Position numbers and translations under genes: made by a program. A stretch of DNA of 64,000 nucleotides, from the NCBI GenBank assembly GCA_963846575.1, contig CAWJWJ010000002.1, forward strand, positions 1,152,001-1,216,000, in the 5' to 3' direction. The stretch comes from an uncultured Nitrospiraceae bacterium. Lineage in GTDB: Bacteria > Nitrospirota > Nitrospiria > Nitrospirales > Nitrospiraceae. Below the pieces are notes generated by a model. The model was not told the origin of the DNA. It ran no database searches and was given only the letters and a program-made list of their open reading frames with translations. Shown piece by piece: positions 9,535 to 18,026 of the stretch. Each line of letters starts with the position of its first letter. The stretch's first letter is position 1.

Positions 9535-10332
9535 TCATCGGGACGCCGATGCGGTCGATTCCATGGTCTCTTTGAATCGCTCCAGATCACTCGCAATCTT
9601 TCGGCCCGGGTCCTGTCCGAACAATCCGGCAATGGCTGCTCCGATAGGACCGGCGGGCGGGTCATATTGAAGGGTGACCGTGACCCTGCAGCTACGCCCC
9701 CCTTCGACCGGTTCGAAGTGCACGGATCCGGCATGACCCACCATCGCCCCCTGGAGGGTCCGCCACCCGATCCGCTCGTTCTCCACCTCGTTGATGATCT
9801 CCGCGTCCCATTCCACTGTGGGGGCCCCGGGGACCGTGTCGATCACCCAATGGGATTTGCGATCGTTGAGGGTCTTCACGCTCCGTACCTGGCTCATCAC
9901 GGTCGAAAGGTTCTCCAGGTTCCTCCAGAATGCATACAGATCCTTTGCCGGCCGGGCGATCACAATCGACTCCTCGATCTTGAGCGCGCGCCTGCTGTGT
10001 ATTTTCCTCCGTCCCAAGGAAGACGTGTCGGTCTTATCCCTGGTGCTGACGCCCATGCTGTGATAGGCCGGACAAAATCCGGTGAGCGCACGATACAGGA
10101 GGGTGACACCGAGCATGGCGCCCACTCCGGTGATCGGTGACAAGGGGCGTGTGACGGTCCGGAGCAACAGACCTCCCCCGACCAATCCGGAAATGACCCG
10201 TTCGGTTTCGCCCACGTTCGACTGCGCCTCGTCGCCCTGTTCGTTTTTCCATTCCTCGTTCCGCAAGTCTTGTCCGTTGTGTGCGGGTCTCGCCTTTGGC
10301 GTTGTCCTGATACCGCCGCGCATATGTGCCAT
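9535..10332 (-). CDS. SRPBCC/polyketide-cyclase-fold protein with N-terminal DUF2892 (YgaP-like) membrane segment
   Basis: NVGETER...LYRALTGFCPAY, then LYAFWRNLENL, SHW, EWDAEI, IGWR, YDPPAG, DLERFK. Confidence 0.85.
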   Translation of the reverse strand: MAHMRGGIRTTPKARPAHNGQDLRNEEWKNEQGDEAQSNVGETERVISGLVGGGLLLRTVTRPLSPITGVGAMLGVTLLYRALTGFCPAYHSMGVSTRDKTDTSSLGRRKIHSRRALKIEESIVIARPAKDLYAFWRNLENLSTVMSQVRSVKTLNDRKSHWVIDTVPGAPTVEWDAEIINEVENERIGWRTLQGAMVGHAGSVHFEPVEGGRSCRVTVTLQYDPPAGPIGAAIAGLFGQDPGRKIASDLERFKETMESTASASR

Positions 10333-10445
10333 AGCTCCTCCTGATTTCGGCCAGGTTGTGAATGTCTCGAGAAGGTATCCGGGAGCCCCCTGGAACGGTG
10401 CGTTGCTCTCCGGGGTCCAGCCCTGCTTTTCCGCAACATCAGAGG

Positions 10446-10461
10446 TGCAAGTGTGGGGCCA
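10446..10461 (-). promoter_or_regulatory. Candidate sigma54 -24/-12 promoter of SRPBCC-recQ
   Basis: Minus strand TGGCCCCACACTTGCA (GG-N10-GC). Confidence 0.6.
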
Positions 10462-10567
10462 TCGTCACCCTCATGGGACAGGACGAGAGCCCGTTCAATC
10501 CAGCCGTAAATCGCGGGATGTTCCGGCTGCTGCCGGATTCAGACAGTGAGAAGAGCCGGACCGGCAG

Positions 10568-10597
10568 GACCGATTGTCTTACGCGGGACAAATTGTC
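10568..10597. promoter_or_regulatory. Candidate enhancer (bEBP UAS) between divergent sigma54 promoters
   Basis: GACCGATTGTC-TTACGCGG-GACAAATTGTC: a TGT-N10-ACA palindrome with overlapping GACA-N3-TGTC. Confidence 0.5.
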
Positions 10598-10665
10598 TGA
10601 GGGGCTCCGGCAGAGTTCCATCCGTAAGTCTTGGTGACTGATGCACTTTTCGTAGACCATGCGAC

Positions 10666-10681
10666 TGGTTGATCCTTTGCA
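10666..10681 (+). promoter_or_regulatory. Candidate sigma54 -24/-12 promoter of the cupin gene
   Basis: TGGTTGATCCTTTGCA (GG-N10-GC), 60 nt upstream of the ATG at 10742. Confidence 0.55.
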
Positions 10682-10741
10682 TACGCCACGACAGACAAGA
10701 GAGCGGTGTGCCCAACTCTACGTCAGCTCAGGAGGTCCCTC

Positions 10742-11086
10742 ATGGCAGATAAGAGCGTCAAGAAGGTTACGTCGGACTATTCGCCGAACGGCAGGATGGG
10801 ACAGAAGTATCTTGCTTCAGGCATCAACGTCTCGATGCGGCTGTGGGAATCTTTGCCTCCCGCGCCGCCGACGCCGCAAAAGAAGCGGGACTATGAGGTC
10901 GTCGGGTATGTCATTCAGGGACGGGCCAAGCTGGAGCTCGAAGGGCAGACCATCCTGCTGGAGCCGGGGGATTCCTGGGTCGTTCCCCAACAGGCGACTC
11001 ACCGTTATGAAATCCTCGAACCATTCACCGCGGTCGAGGCGACGACCCCTCCGGCCCAGGTGCACGGGCGGGACGAAGGAGACTGA
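10742..11086 (+). CDS. Cupin-domain protein
   Basis: AGGAGG RBS. Motifs GQKYLASG..VSMRLW, YEVVGYVIQGRA.L.LEG, LEPGDSWVVP...HRY. Confidence 0.85.
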   Translation: MADKSVKKVTSDYSPNGRMGQKYLASGINVSMRLWESLPPAPPTPQKKRDYEVVGYVIQGRAKLELEGQTILLEPGDSWVVPQQATHRYEILEPFTAVEATTPPAQVHGRDEGD

Positions 11087-11154
11087 GACCGGGCCACGCA
11101 CCTGTCGCGCACCCGTTGACCGGGAAACATGGTACGGGGGTGCCGGGTCGGGAG

Positions 11155-11979
11155 TTATTTGGAATTGGGGACCGGAAGCGGAGCCCCGGGGTCATGGGGG
11201 TCGTGCCAGAGGGCAATCCCGCCCAAAAGCCCGTTGAGATTTGAGACGATCGTGACATTTCCGGGAAGCCGGCTGATATCGACTTGCGCCGCATTCCCGC
11301 CGCCGATATAAAGGCGCTCGTAATGGAACATCCGTTCGAGTTTGGTGACGGCCTTGACCAGGCGGTTGTTCCACAGTTTCTTGCCGAGCCGTTCGAACTC
11401 CTCATTCCGGAGCCGGTTCTTCCCGACTTCCACGTTCGGTATCAGCCTCCCGTCCACGAAGAGAGCCGAGCCGACCCCCGTGCCCAATGTGAGCACCAAC
11501 TCGACGCCCTTGCCCGAGATAGCCCCGAACCCCTGGATGTCCGCATCGTTCGCCGCACGAACCGGTTTTTTGCGGAACATTTTGCTGAGGGCCTTCGTGA
11601 GGTGGAAATGGTCCCAGGCGGGGTCCAGATTCGGCGCCCCTGATACCACTCCGTTCCGGACAATGCCCGGGAATCCCACGCTCGCCCGATGGAATTTCCC
11701 GGCTTGTTTTGCCAGGACTTTAATCGTTTTAAGAACATTTTCCGGATTTTTTGGTTCCGGAGTCGGGAGCCGTTGACGCTCGCCGATTGGCTCCCCGATT
11801 TCGTTGACGACCATCACTTTGATTCCCGTCCCGCCGATGTCGATGACCAGCGTCCTGATCGGCTCATGCTCCGGGGGAGCGGGCGCCGCGGTGGCAGCTT
11901 GCGAGGCTGCTGACGTCTTTGAGTTCTTGGAGGGTGGGGATGTTTTCGGAGACCGTGACTTCGCTTTAGTAGTGGCCAT
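11155..11979 (-). CDS. ROK-family sugar kinase (polyphosphate glucokinase-like)
   Basis: IDIGGTGIK, VGFPG, ANDAD, LTLGTGVGSALF, LYIGGGNA. Confidence 0.85.
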   Translation of the reverse strand: MATTKAKSRSPKTSPPSKNSKTSAASQAATAAPAPPEHEPIRTLVIDIGGTGIKVMVVNEIGEPIGERQRLPTPEPKNPENVLKTIKVLAKQAGKFHRASVGFPGIVRNGVVSGAPNLDPAWDHFHLTKALSKMFRKKPVRAANDADIQGFGAISGKGVELVLTLGTGVGSALFVDGRLIPNVEVGKNRLRNEEFERLGKKLWNNRLVKAVTKLERMFHYERLYIGGGNAAQVDISRLPGNVTIVSNLNGLLGGIALWHDPHDPGAPLPVPNSK

Positions 11980-12207
11980 GCTGTATTTATCACCCGTTGA
12001 GAAGACCTGTCGATTGTTCCGGATATATGCTTAGGCACACGAGGCCGCAGCGGTGGCGACTATACCAGAATAGGGTGTTATCCGCACCTGTTCTACCCGG
12101 AAGAGCGTCGCCTGCCATGATTGTTCGTGGAGGCAGGCGGACGAGGCGCATGGCCCGCGACGCAAGGCCGTGAGGGGTCACGAATCCCCCTCGCTCTCCG
12201 CCTGCGT

Positions 12208-12561
12208 TCAATTTCCTTTGTCTGCTCCGGTCTTCCCCGTCGTGCCGCCCTTATGGGAATCCTTGGTGGAGTCCGATCCGGCCGGCTGAGACTTGCCATC
12301 CCGCGCTGCAGGCGGTTCCGCTTGATGAGGGTCTCTCACGGCTCCGGTGCCCGACCCGCTCTGGTCGTTGCGGCCGGTATGTTCGCCGGTATTGCCGCCG
12401 CGAGGCGTGGTGATCGACCCGTCCTTTCCTTGCACCGTGCCGGGGCCGGTCGATTGTTTCGGGTCATAGGCCGAAGCCGGGGCAATGGTCGCAAGTGCCA
12501 TAGTCAAGAGCGCGCCAGCGGTAAACGAGAGGCGTATTTTGGTGCCTGCTTCTTGTGTCAT
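12208..12561 (-). CDS. Small secreted low-complexity (G/S/T/D/K-rich) protein
   Basis: GGAGG RBS, signal peptide ending ASA and a hydrophilic disordered-type body. Confidence 0.65.
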   Translation of the reverse strand: MTQEAGTKIRLSFTAGALLTMALATIAPASAYDPKQSTGPGTVQGKDGSITTPRGGNTGEHTGRNDQSGSGTGAVRDPHQAEPPAARDGKSQPAGSDSTKDSHKGGTTGKTGADKGN

Positions 12562-12691
12562 GTCGATCCTCCTGCAGTTACGTGCGTTGTGAAATGAAAG
12601 GATTCTTGATTGTGTGTGTTATCTGCTCCGACCGGTTTTCGTCTTCAGATGAAGATACCGAAACCTGAAGGCTTGAGCGAGCCACTGAAAC

Positions 12692-13543
12692 TCAGCCATT
12701 CACGATCGTCCCGCCGTTGGGATGCAGCACCTGCCCGGTCATGTAGGACGAGTCGTCCGAAGCCAGGAAGAGATAGCAGGGCGCGACTTCCTCCGGCTGG
12801 CCAGCCCGTTTCAAAGGCACCTGCGATCCGAAGGTCTCGACCTTCTCGGTCGGGAACGTGGAAGGGATGAGCGGGGTCCAGATCGGACCCGGCGCCACCG
12901 CATTGACCCTGATTTTTTTATCCGCCAGGGCCTGGGACAGGGATCGGGTAAAGGACACGATGGCCCCCTTGGTCGATGAGTAGTCCAGGAGATGCCAGCT
13001 TCCCTTATAGGCAGTCACCGACGTCGTATTGATGATGGCGGCCCCTTCCGGCAGGTGGGGGAGCGCTGCCTGGGTCATATAGAAGAATGAAAAGATGTTC
13101 GTCCGGAAGGTTCGCTCCAGCTGGTCGGGAGAAATCTTCGTAATGCTGTCTTGTGGATGCTGCTCCGCGGCATTGTTCACCAGGATGTCCAGGTGTCCGA
13201 ACTCCTTCAGGGTGCGATCCACGCCTTCCATGCAAAAGTCGGCGGCTCCGACATCCCCTGCCAGGGCCAGGCAGCGGCGCCCCTCTTTTTCCACCAGGCC
13301 TACCGTCTCCTTGGCATCCCCGTGCTCGTTCAAATAGAGGATGGAAACATCCGCGCCCTCTCTCGCAAACGCGATGGCCACGGCGCGGCCGATCCCGCTG
13401 TCTCCACCGGTCACGATCGCGACCTTCCCCGCCAATTTGCCGGTGCCGCGGTGCTGGGGATCGTCGGATCGAGGGGCGGGGGTCATTTCAGATTCAAGCC
13501 CCGGGCGTCGATGTTGCTGTTGGGCCGGTTGTTGTGTTGCCAT
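12692..13543 (-). CDS. SDR oxidoreductase, general stress protein 39 (YdaD/YhdF/YghA-like)
   Basis: QQQH.RPGLE..M.P.P N-terminus, TGGDSGIGRA, LVNNAAEQ, YSSTKGAI, VAPGPIWTPLIP, GQVLHPNGG. Confidence 0.92.
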   Translation of the reverse strand: MATQQPAQQQHRRPGLESEMTPAPRSDDPQHRGTGKLAGKVAIVTGGDSGIGRAVAIAFAREGADVSILYLNEHGDAKETVGLVEKEGRRCLALAGDVGAADFCMEGVDRTLKEFGHLDILVNNAAEQHPQDSITKISPDQLERTFRTNIFSFFYMTQAALPHLPEGAAIINTTSVTAYKGSWHLLDYSSTKGAIVSFTRSLSQALADKKIRVNAVAPGPIWTPLIPSTFPTEKVETFGSQVPLKRAGQPEEVAPCYLFLASDDSSYMTGQVLHPNGGTIVNG

Positions 13544-13668
13544 ACGCCAGACACTCCTGTTGCTTCGGCACGAGCAGGGCCCGCGCCAGTCCTTGCCGTA
13601 CGAACTGCTGCTCGTTGAACGGCGCCTCGATCGCCGTTGTGACGCGTAGTGCTGAAAGGCACACCGTC

Positions 13669-13712
13669 CAGAGAGGGCAGGGGACGAACAGACTTCGTGC
13701 CCTGCCTCTCTG
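13669..13712 (-). terminator. Long hairpin after the Gly/Ser-rich gene
   Basis: Imperfect inverted repeat CAGAGAG-GGCAGGGG-ACGAA...TTCGT-GCCCTGCC-TCTCTG. Confidence 0.5.
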
Positions 13713-13735
13713 TTCGGCGAAGCGGTCAGAGGCTG

Positions 13736-14095
13736 CTATTTGCCTCCCCCGCCACTTCCACCGGACGACTGCCCGCCGCCTGAAGACGAGTGCCCGCCTC
13801 CTGACGTAGAAGCTCCGTGCGCACCTGAGTTACCGCCCGATCCCGTGTTGTCATGTCCCGAGCCGGTGCCTTTGTTGGAGCCGGAGCCGGATGACATCGG
13901 TTTTCCGTCCTTGTCGTAGTTCCACCCGCTGCCCGGGACGCCCTTGCCGCCCTTGGAGTCCGATTCACCCTGCTTCCCCTCAGTGACGCTGGGCGATGTG
14001 CCGCCGCTGGAATGCTGAGCCACGGCAGGCAATCCTGCGAATGCGATGAGTCCCCCCGCGAGGCAGGCGACCTTGAATGCTTGCACGGTCTTCAT
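13736..14095 (-). CDS. Small secreted Gly/Ser-rich protein
   Basis: GGAGGAG RBS, signal peptide (AVA|Q) and GGG/SSG-repeat tail. Confidence 0.7.
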   Translation of the reverse strand: MKTVQAFKVACLAGGLIAFAGLPAVAQHSSGGTSPSVTEGKQGESDSKGGKGVPGSGWNYDKDGKPMSSGSGSNKGTGSGHDNTGSGGNSGAHGASTSGGGHSSSGGGQSSGGSGGGGK

Positions 14096-14155
14096 TGCGC
14101 TCCTCCTTCGTGAAGTGAGTGAACTGGTGGTTTAGCCAGTGACGCTGACTACCTC

Positions 14156-14171
14156 TGCAAAAGAAAGGCCT
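14156..14171 (-). promoter_or_regulatory. Candidate sigma54 -24/-12 promoter
   Basis: Minus strand AGGCCTTTCTTTTGCA (GG-N10-GC), 60 nt upstream of the ATG at 14095. Confidence 0.55.
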
Positions 14172-14596
14172 CGCCGCTGTCCAACGTCATCCGGGCAGTT
14201 CGGCGGACAAAGGCCAGCTAACCCTACGTATTACCTCCATCCATGGCCGTTTCAGGGAATTGTCGGTTGGGCGTGAGGGTGGGTGCGGGTCCGGCCACGC
14301 GGTGAAACGAAGACAGGATGTCTCGTGCAGGACAGTCTATCCTCCCGGAGGTTCCTCCCTGACGGGGATGCGCCTCCCTCCATCGGCTGCCCGCGCCGCA
14401 GTGCGATGACGGAAGTTGAGAGATCCCACCGGAGCGGCAGCGGTGTCCCGTGAAACTGCCAATCGCTGCGGCCAGTCGGTTCCGAACGGCGTGAGGCAGG
14501 ATCTGTCGATGCGCAGGGTTTCCGGCCCTGACACCGCCCTTACTGCGTGGGACGACAGGGCCGGTAGTCATACGCGCGGTCAGACGGCCAAGGAAC

Positions 14597-15157
14597 TTAC
14601 AATCGAACTCCCGTATCCGCCCCATGGCGGGCCAGCAGCTTCTGGATCTTCAGGGGGTCCTCGTCGGTCCGCACCGTGATCAGCACCTGGCCCTTCTGGA
14701 CGGCTGCGTCATATTCTTGGGCGGCGGTTTCGGGAACGTTGATGCTGACCAACGCGCCCACGAGTCCACCGGCGACCGCGCCGACGCCACTTCCTGCGAC
14801 GATCGAAGCGCCGGTTGCGCCCAATAGGGAGATGAGCGCGCCGCCCGCCAACAAAGGCGCCAACCCGGGAACGGCCACAAGTCCGGTTGCGGTGAGCAGA
14901 CCGGCAAGCCCGCCGATGATTCCTCCTCCGACCGCACCCTTCGTCGCCTCCTGGGCGGTGGGAGAGGACCCTTCGTCTTCTATAAAGGAGGTGTCGCCAT
15001 CGGCCTGCCGCATGGCCAGCCCGATCTGTTCATCGGCTATTCCATGCGCGCGCAGCGTTTGGACCGCCTGCTTCACGGCTTCCAGGTCCGGCAGCAGTCC
15101 GACGACGACATGACCTGCCGAGCCGGACGATTGATGGACTGATGTCGTAGAATTCAT
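14597..15157 (-). CDS. General stress protein 17M/YflT-like membrane protein
   Basis: VVGL...AVQTLRAHG...I, Gly-zipper GAVGGGIIGGLAGLL...VPG..PLLAGG and A..Y...V.KGQVLITV. Confidence 0.8.
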   Translation of the reverse strand: MNSTTSVHQSSGSAGHVVVGLLPDLEAVKQAVQTLRAHGIADEQIGLAMRQADGDTSFIEDEGSSPTAQEATKGAVGGGIIGGLAGLLTATGLVAVPGLAPLLAGGALISLLGATGASIVAGSGVGAVAGGLVGALVSINVPETAAQEYDAAVQKGQVLITVRTDEDPLKIQKLLARHGADTGVRL

Positions 15158-15245
15158 AGGGTCACCCTTTTAACTGAACTCAATTTCCCTTACTGTCCTT
15201 TCTACATGCCGTACACAGTGCCCGTTTCCACTCGATGACCGGACC

Positions 15246-15746
15246 TTAGCTTGAGCGCTTGCGTCGTGCCGTCTTCCGTGGTGCGGCTGCGGCCCGCCGC
15301 TTCGAAGGAGACGCAGGTGCCGGGTCTCTCTCCGGCTGCCTCATGAGCCGCTCCTTGTAGTCTTCCGAGGAGGCCGGGTTCAACTCCCACCGTGCCTCAT
15401 CCCGCACGGTCATTTTCTCGCCGAAGTTCAGGGGCTCCTGATCCTCGTAGGTGATGCCCGCAGCCCGGCCGATATCATCGACTCGATCCTGGTCCGGCGT
15501 CGGATTGGATCCGCCGGGCGTTTCCGTTCCCGCGTCGAGGCCTTGCTGGGATACGTCGGGATCTCCGCCGCTCAATCGGGTCTGGTCGCTGGTGAGCGGA
15601 TGGATCTTCCCGGCCAGTTCTGCCGAGGATGTCACGGTTTCCGTTTGATCCCGAAACCCCTCCGACTCGGAAGGGGGTTGGTTCTCGTAGTAATCACGGA
15701 TGGTTTGATCCGCATCCACGGTGTTATGCGCTTGTGGCTCTTTCAT
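15246..15746 (-). CDS. DUF6335-like acidic protein
   Basis: LSGGDPD...G.ETPGGSNPTPDQD.VDDIG.AAG..Y.D.EPL...RD..RWELNPASSED. Confidence 0.75.
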   Translation of the reverse strand: MKEPQAHNTVDADQTIRDYYENQPPSESEGFRDQTETVTSSAELAGKIHPLTSDQTRLSGGDPDVSQQGLDAGTETPGGSNPTPDQDRVDDIGRAAGITYEDQEPLNFGEKMTVRDEARWELNPASSEDYKERLMRQPERDPAPASPSKRRAAAAPRKTARRKRSS

Positions 15747-15802
15747 GTTCCCTCCTTCTACAACGCACCCCTCAGGGTGCGGTCATTCTCTCGCCCGGAG
15801 AC

Positions 15803-16174
15803 TCAGGCTCCTACAGAGCGATCACCATAACCTGCCCGGATAGACGTGAGACGGTCCATCGGGGGACCATCTGCCATGACCGGACTTCCCGTAACTGACT
15901 GCGAAAGGCCGGACTTCGTGTGTCGGACGGTCTGTCGCTTCACATCCGCCGCATGAGCAGAGAGGGTCGTTTCCTGGGGCGGAGCGGGTGGAATCGGTTT
16001 CGGAGCAGGCGGCGGAATCGGCGCGGGAGGTAACGGTCTGGGTGAAGGGCTGGGAATGGGCGCCGGTGGAATGGGCTCCGGTTGTTGCAGCACCGGTATC
16101 GGAGCCAACAAATGAGCGGCCAGGAAACAGGTGGCCGCAAAACCGTAACACGAAAGCCTCTGTAACCCCTTCAT
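15803..16174 (-). CDS. Proline-rich hypothetical exported protein
   Basis: GGAGG RBS, hydrophobic N-terminus and (PIPPAP)n repeats. Confidence 0.5.
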   Translation of the reverse strand: MKGLQRLSCYGFAATCFLAAHLLAPIPVLQQPEPIPPAPIPSPSPRPLPPAPIPPPAPKPIPPAPPQETTLSAHAADVKRQTVRHTKSGLSQSVTGSPVMADGPPMDRLTSIRAGYGDRSVGA

Positions 16175-16500
16175 CGCGCCCTCCCGGGAACCGGTTTCCA
16201 AGCCCATCCATCGATGTGGGTATCGTCGACGCGTGAGGACGAATTCCTCCGCAGTGCCTCACGACCCCCACGTCGCTTCATTCGCTTTCTCTGTATGATG
16301 TACGACAATCCCCACAGGGCCACCACTAGGCAGGTCCCCTGGGATCAATCGTGGACAGGCTCTTCGAGCGACGAAAAATCTGTAGGAAACGCCGCGCCGA
16401 TTCGCTAGGGAGCCTCCTAGTGGCAAGACAGCGGATACTTTCATAGAGTCGCCCTAAGTAGAACATGCTGGATCGAATTCCGCACCGATGGAGGGTGGCC

Positions 16501-16965
16501 ATGAATGCAGTCGCGACTCAAACGTTCATTCCTGTGTGCTGTGTATGCGGACTCGCGAGAGATCACGAAGCAACCGGCGACGGCCCCGGGCGCGAGCAGT
16601 GGTCTGATTTCGATGACTATCTGACCCGTCATGGGCTTCATGGCGCGGACTATCGGCTGACCCATGCCTACTGCCCGATCTGTCTCCGCCAGTACGTGCC
16701 ATTGAAAAAGAAATCCGCCAGGGGCCGCGCGCCGTCGGGCCCAGGTGAAGCGGACCTCGCCACTGTGATTGCCCGGATCATTGCTGATACGGGAGAGTGC
16801 GATCTGGATACGCTCGTGCGGACCTGTCCGCAATTGACCTGGAATCAAATCTTCCTGGAGGTCGACCGCCTCAGCAGGGCGGGGGAAGTTTGTTTGACAT
16901 TGTCCGCTCCGGGTCACTATCGGGTGAGCCTGCCGGACCGGCAGATCCCTGCGTTGGCCGGATGA
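16501..16965 (+). CDS. Hypothetical protein: Cys/His zinc-finger-like domain fused to a winged-helix-like domain
   Basis: GGAGG RBS. PVCCVC...W...Y...LTHAYCPIC, then CDLDTLVRTCPQLTWNQIFLEVDRLSR. Confidence 0.7.
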   Translation: MNAVATQTFIPVCCVCGLARDHEATGDGPGREQWSDFDDYLTRHGLHGADYRLTHAYCPICLRQYVPLKKKSARGRAPSGPGEADLATVIARIIADTGECDLDTLVRTCPQLTWNQIFLEVDRLSRAGEVCLTLSAPGHYRVSLPDRQIPALAG

Positions 16966-17199
16966 CTTCCTCCCTGTAGGTGTCGGAGGGGGCATGCGCG
17001 CGCTGCAGGATGCCAAGGTGCTTTGATCGGACCGTTCCCCCGCACCATGACCCTGCCCGGTGGTGTGGCCGTGGTGCGATGACGGCTTTGTCAGTCACGT
17101 TTCTCCTCGCTAAAACTCCTTCCCCGTTCAGCAGCGTCCTCTCACGAAGCCGTGCAGGACGCCTGCGGCAGCCTGCGGACGAACCCGGAACCGGCGAAC

Positions 17200-17226
17200 A
17201 TGAAACCCGGATGAAGTCCGGGTGAA
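17200..17226 (-). promoter_or_regulatory. Triple 11-bp-period TTCAY direct repeat (OmpR-type box) upstream of the response regulator
   Basis: ATGAA at 17200 and 17211, GTGAA at 17222 (TTCAC/TTCAT/TTCAT on the minus strand). Confidence 0.55.
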
Positions 17227-17351
17227 GAACCTCTCATCTAATGGGAAAAACCTGGCTTGTCCCTGGTAAGATCGTTACCTTGATCCGCCGGCTGGGGAGG
17301 TGCGCAGATGGGGCGCCTCCTCCTGCCGGCGTGATCGAAACGAGGAGCCGC

Positions 17352-18026
17352 ATGCGAATCCTAGTCATCGAGGACGACGCCGACCTGACCCACTTTCTCC
17401 GCAAGGGGCTACAAGAGGAACAGCACACGGTTGAGACCGCGGCAGACGGCGAGACGGGGCTGATCCTGGCCCTGGATCAGAGCTGGGATCTGCTGGTCAT
17501 CGACGTCATGTTGCCGAAGCTGGACGGACTGGCTTTGTGCCGGCGTCTGCGGGAGAAGGGGAACCGTACGGCGATTCTTCTGCTGACGGCCCGCGACACG
17601 GTCGAGGACAAGGTGGCCGGACTGGACGCCGGCGCAGACGACTACCTGACGAAGCCCTTCGCGTTTACGGAGCTGGTGGCGAGGATCAGAGCCGTGCTCC
17701 GGCGAGGCGGGCCGCTGGTCGGCAACCGCCTGAAGGTCAAAGACCTGGAGATGGATCCTGCCTCCCGGCGGGTGTGGCGCGCCGGGAAAGAGATCGTCCT
17801 GACCAGCAAGGAATTTGCCCTGCTGGAATACCTGTTGAGGAATCGCGATATCGTCCTGACCAGGACGGCGATCCTGGAGCGGGTCTGGGGCCTCAACTAC
17901 GATCCGATGACGAACGTCGTGGACGTGTACATTCGCTCGTTGCGAGTCAAAATCGACCGGGATTTCACCTCGCCCCTGATCGCCACCGTTCGTGGCGTGG
18001 GGTATAAGCTGGAGACCGGCGAGTGA
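17352..18026 (+). CDS. OmpR/PhoB-family response regulator (CusR/CzcR-like)
   Basis: MRILVIEDD, DVMLPKLDG, LLTARD, GADDYLTKPF and winged-helix TNVVDVYIRSLR...TVRGVGY. Confidence 0.95.
   Translation: MRILVIEDDADLTHFLRKGLQEEQHTVETAADGETGLILALDQSWDLLVIDVMLPKLDGLALCRRLREKGNRTAILLLTARDTVEDKVAGLDAGADDYLTKPFAFTELVARIRAVLRRGGPLVGNRLKVKDLEMDPASRRVWRAGKEIVLTSKEFALLEYLLRNRDIVLTRTAILERVWGLNYDPMTNVVDVYIRSLRVKIDRDFTSPLIATVRGVGYKLETGE

Noticed and set aside
16871..17098. Minus-strand 75-aa ORF with GAGGAG RBS downstream of the leftward repeat box
   Set aside because: It overlaps the 3' end of the 16501..16965 gene, has no motif, and the leftward box lacks a clear -10. Not supportable as a gene.
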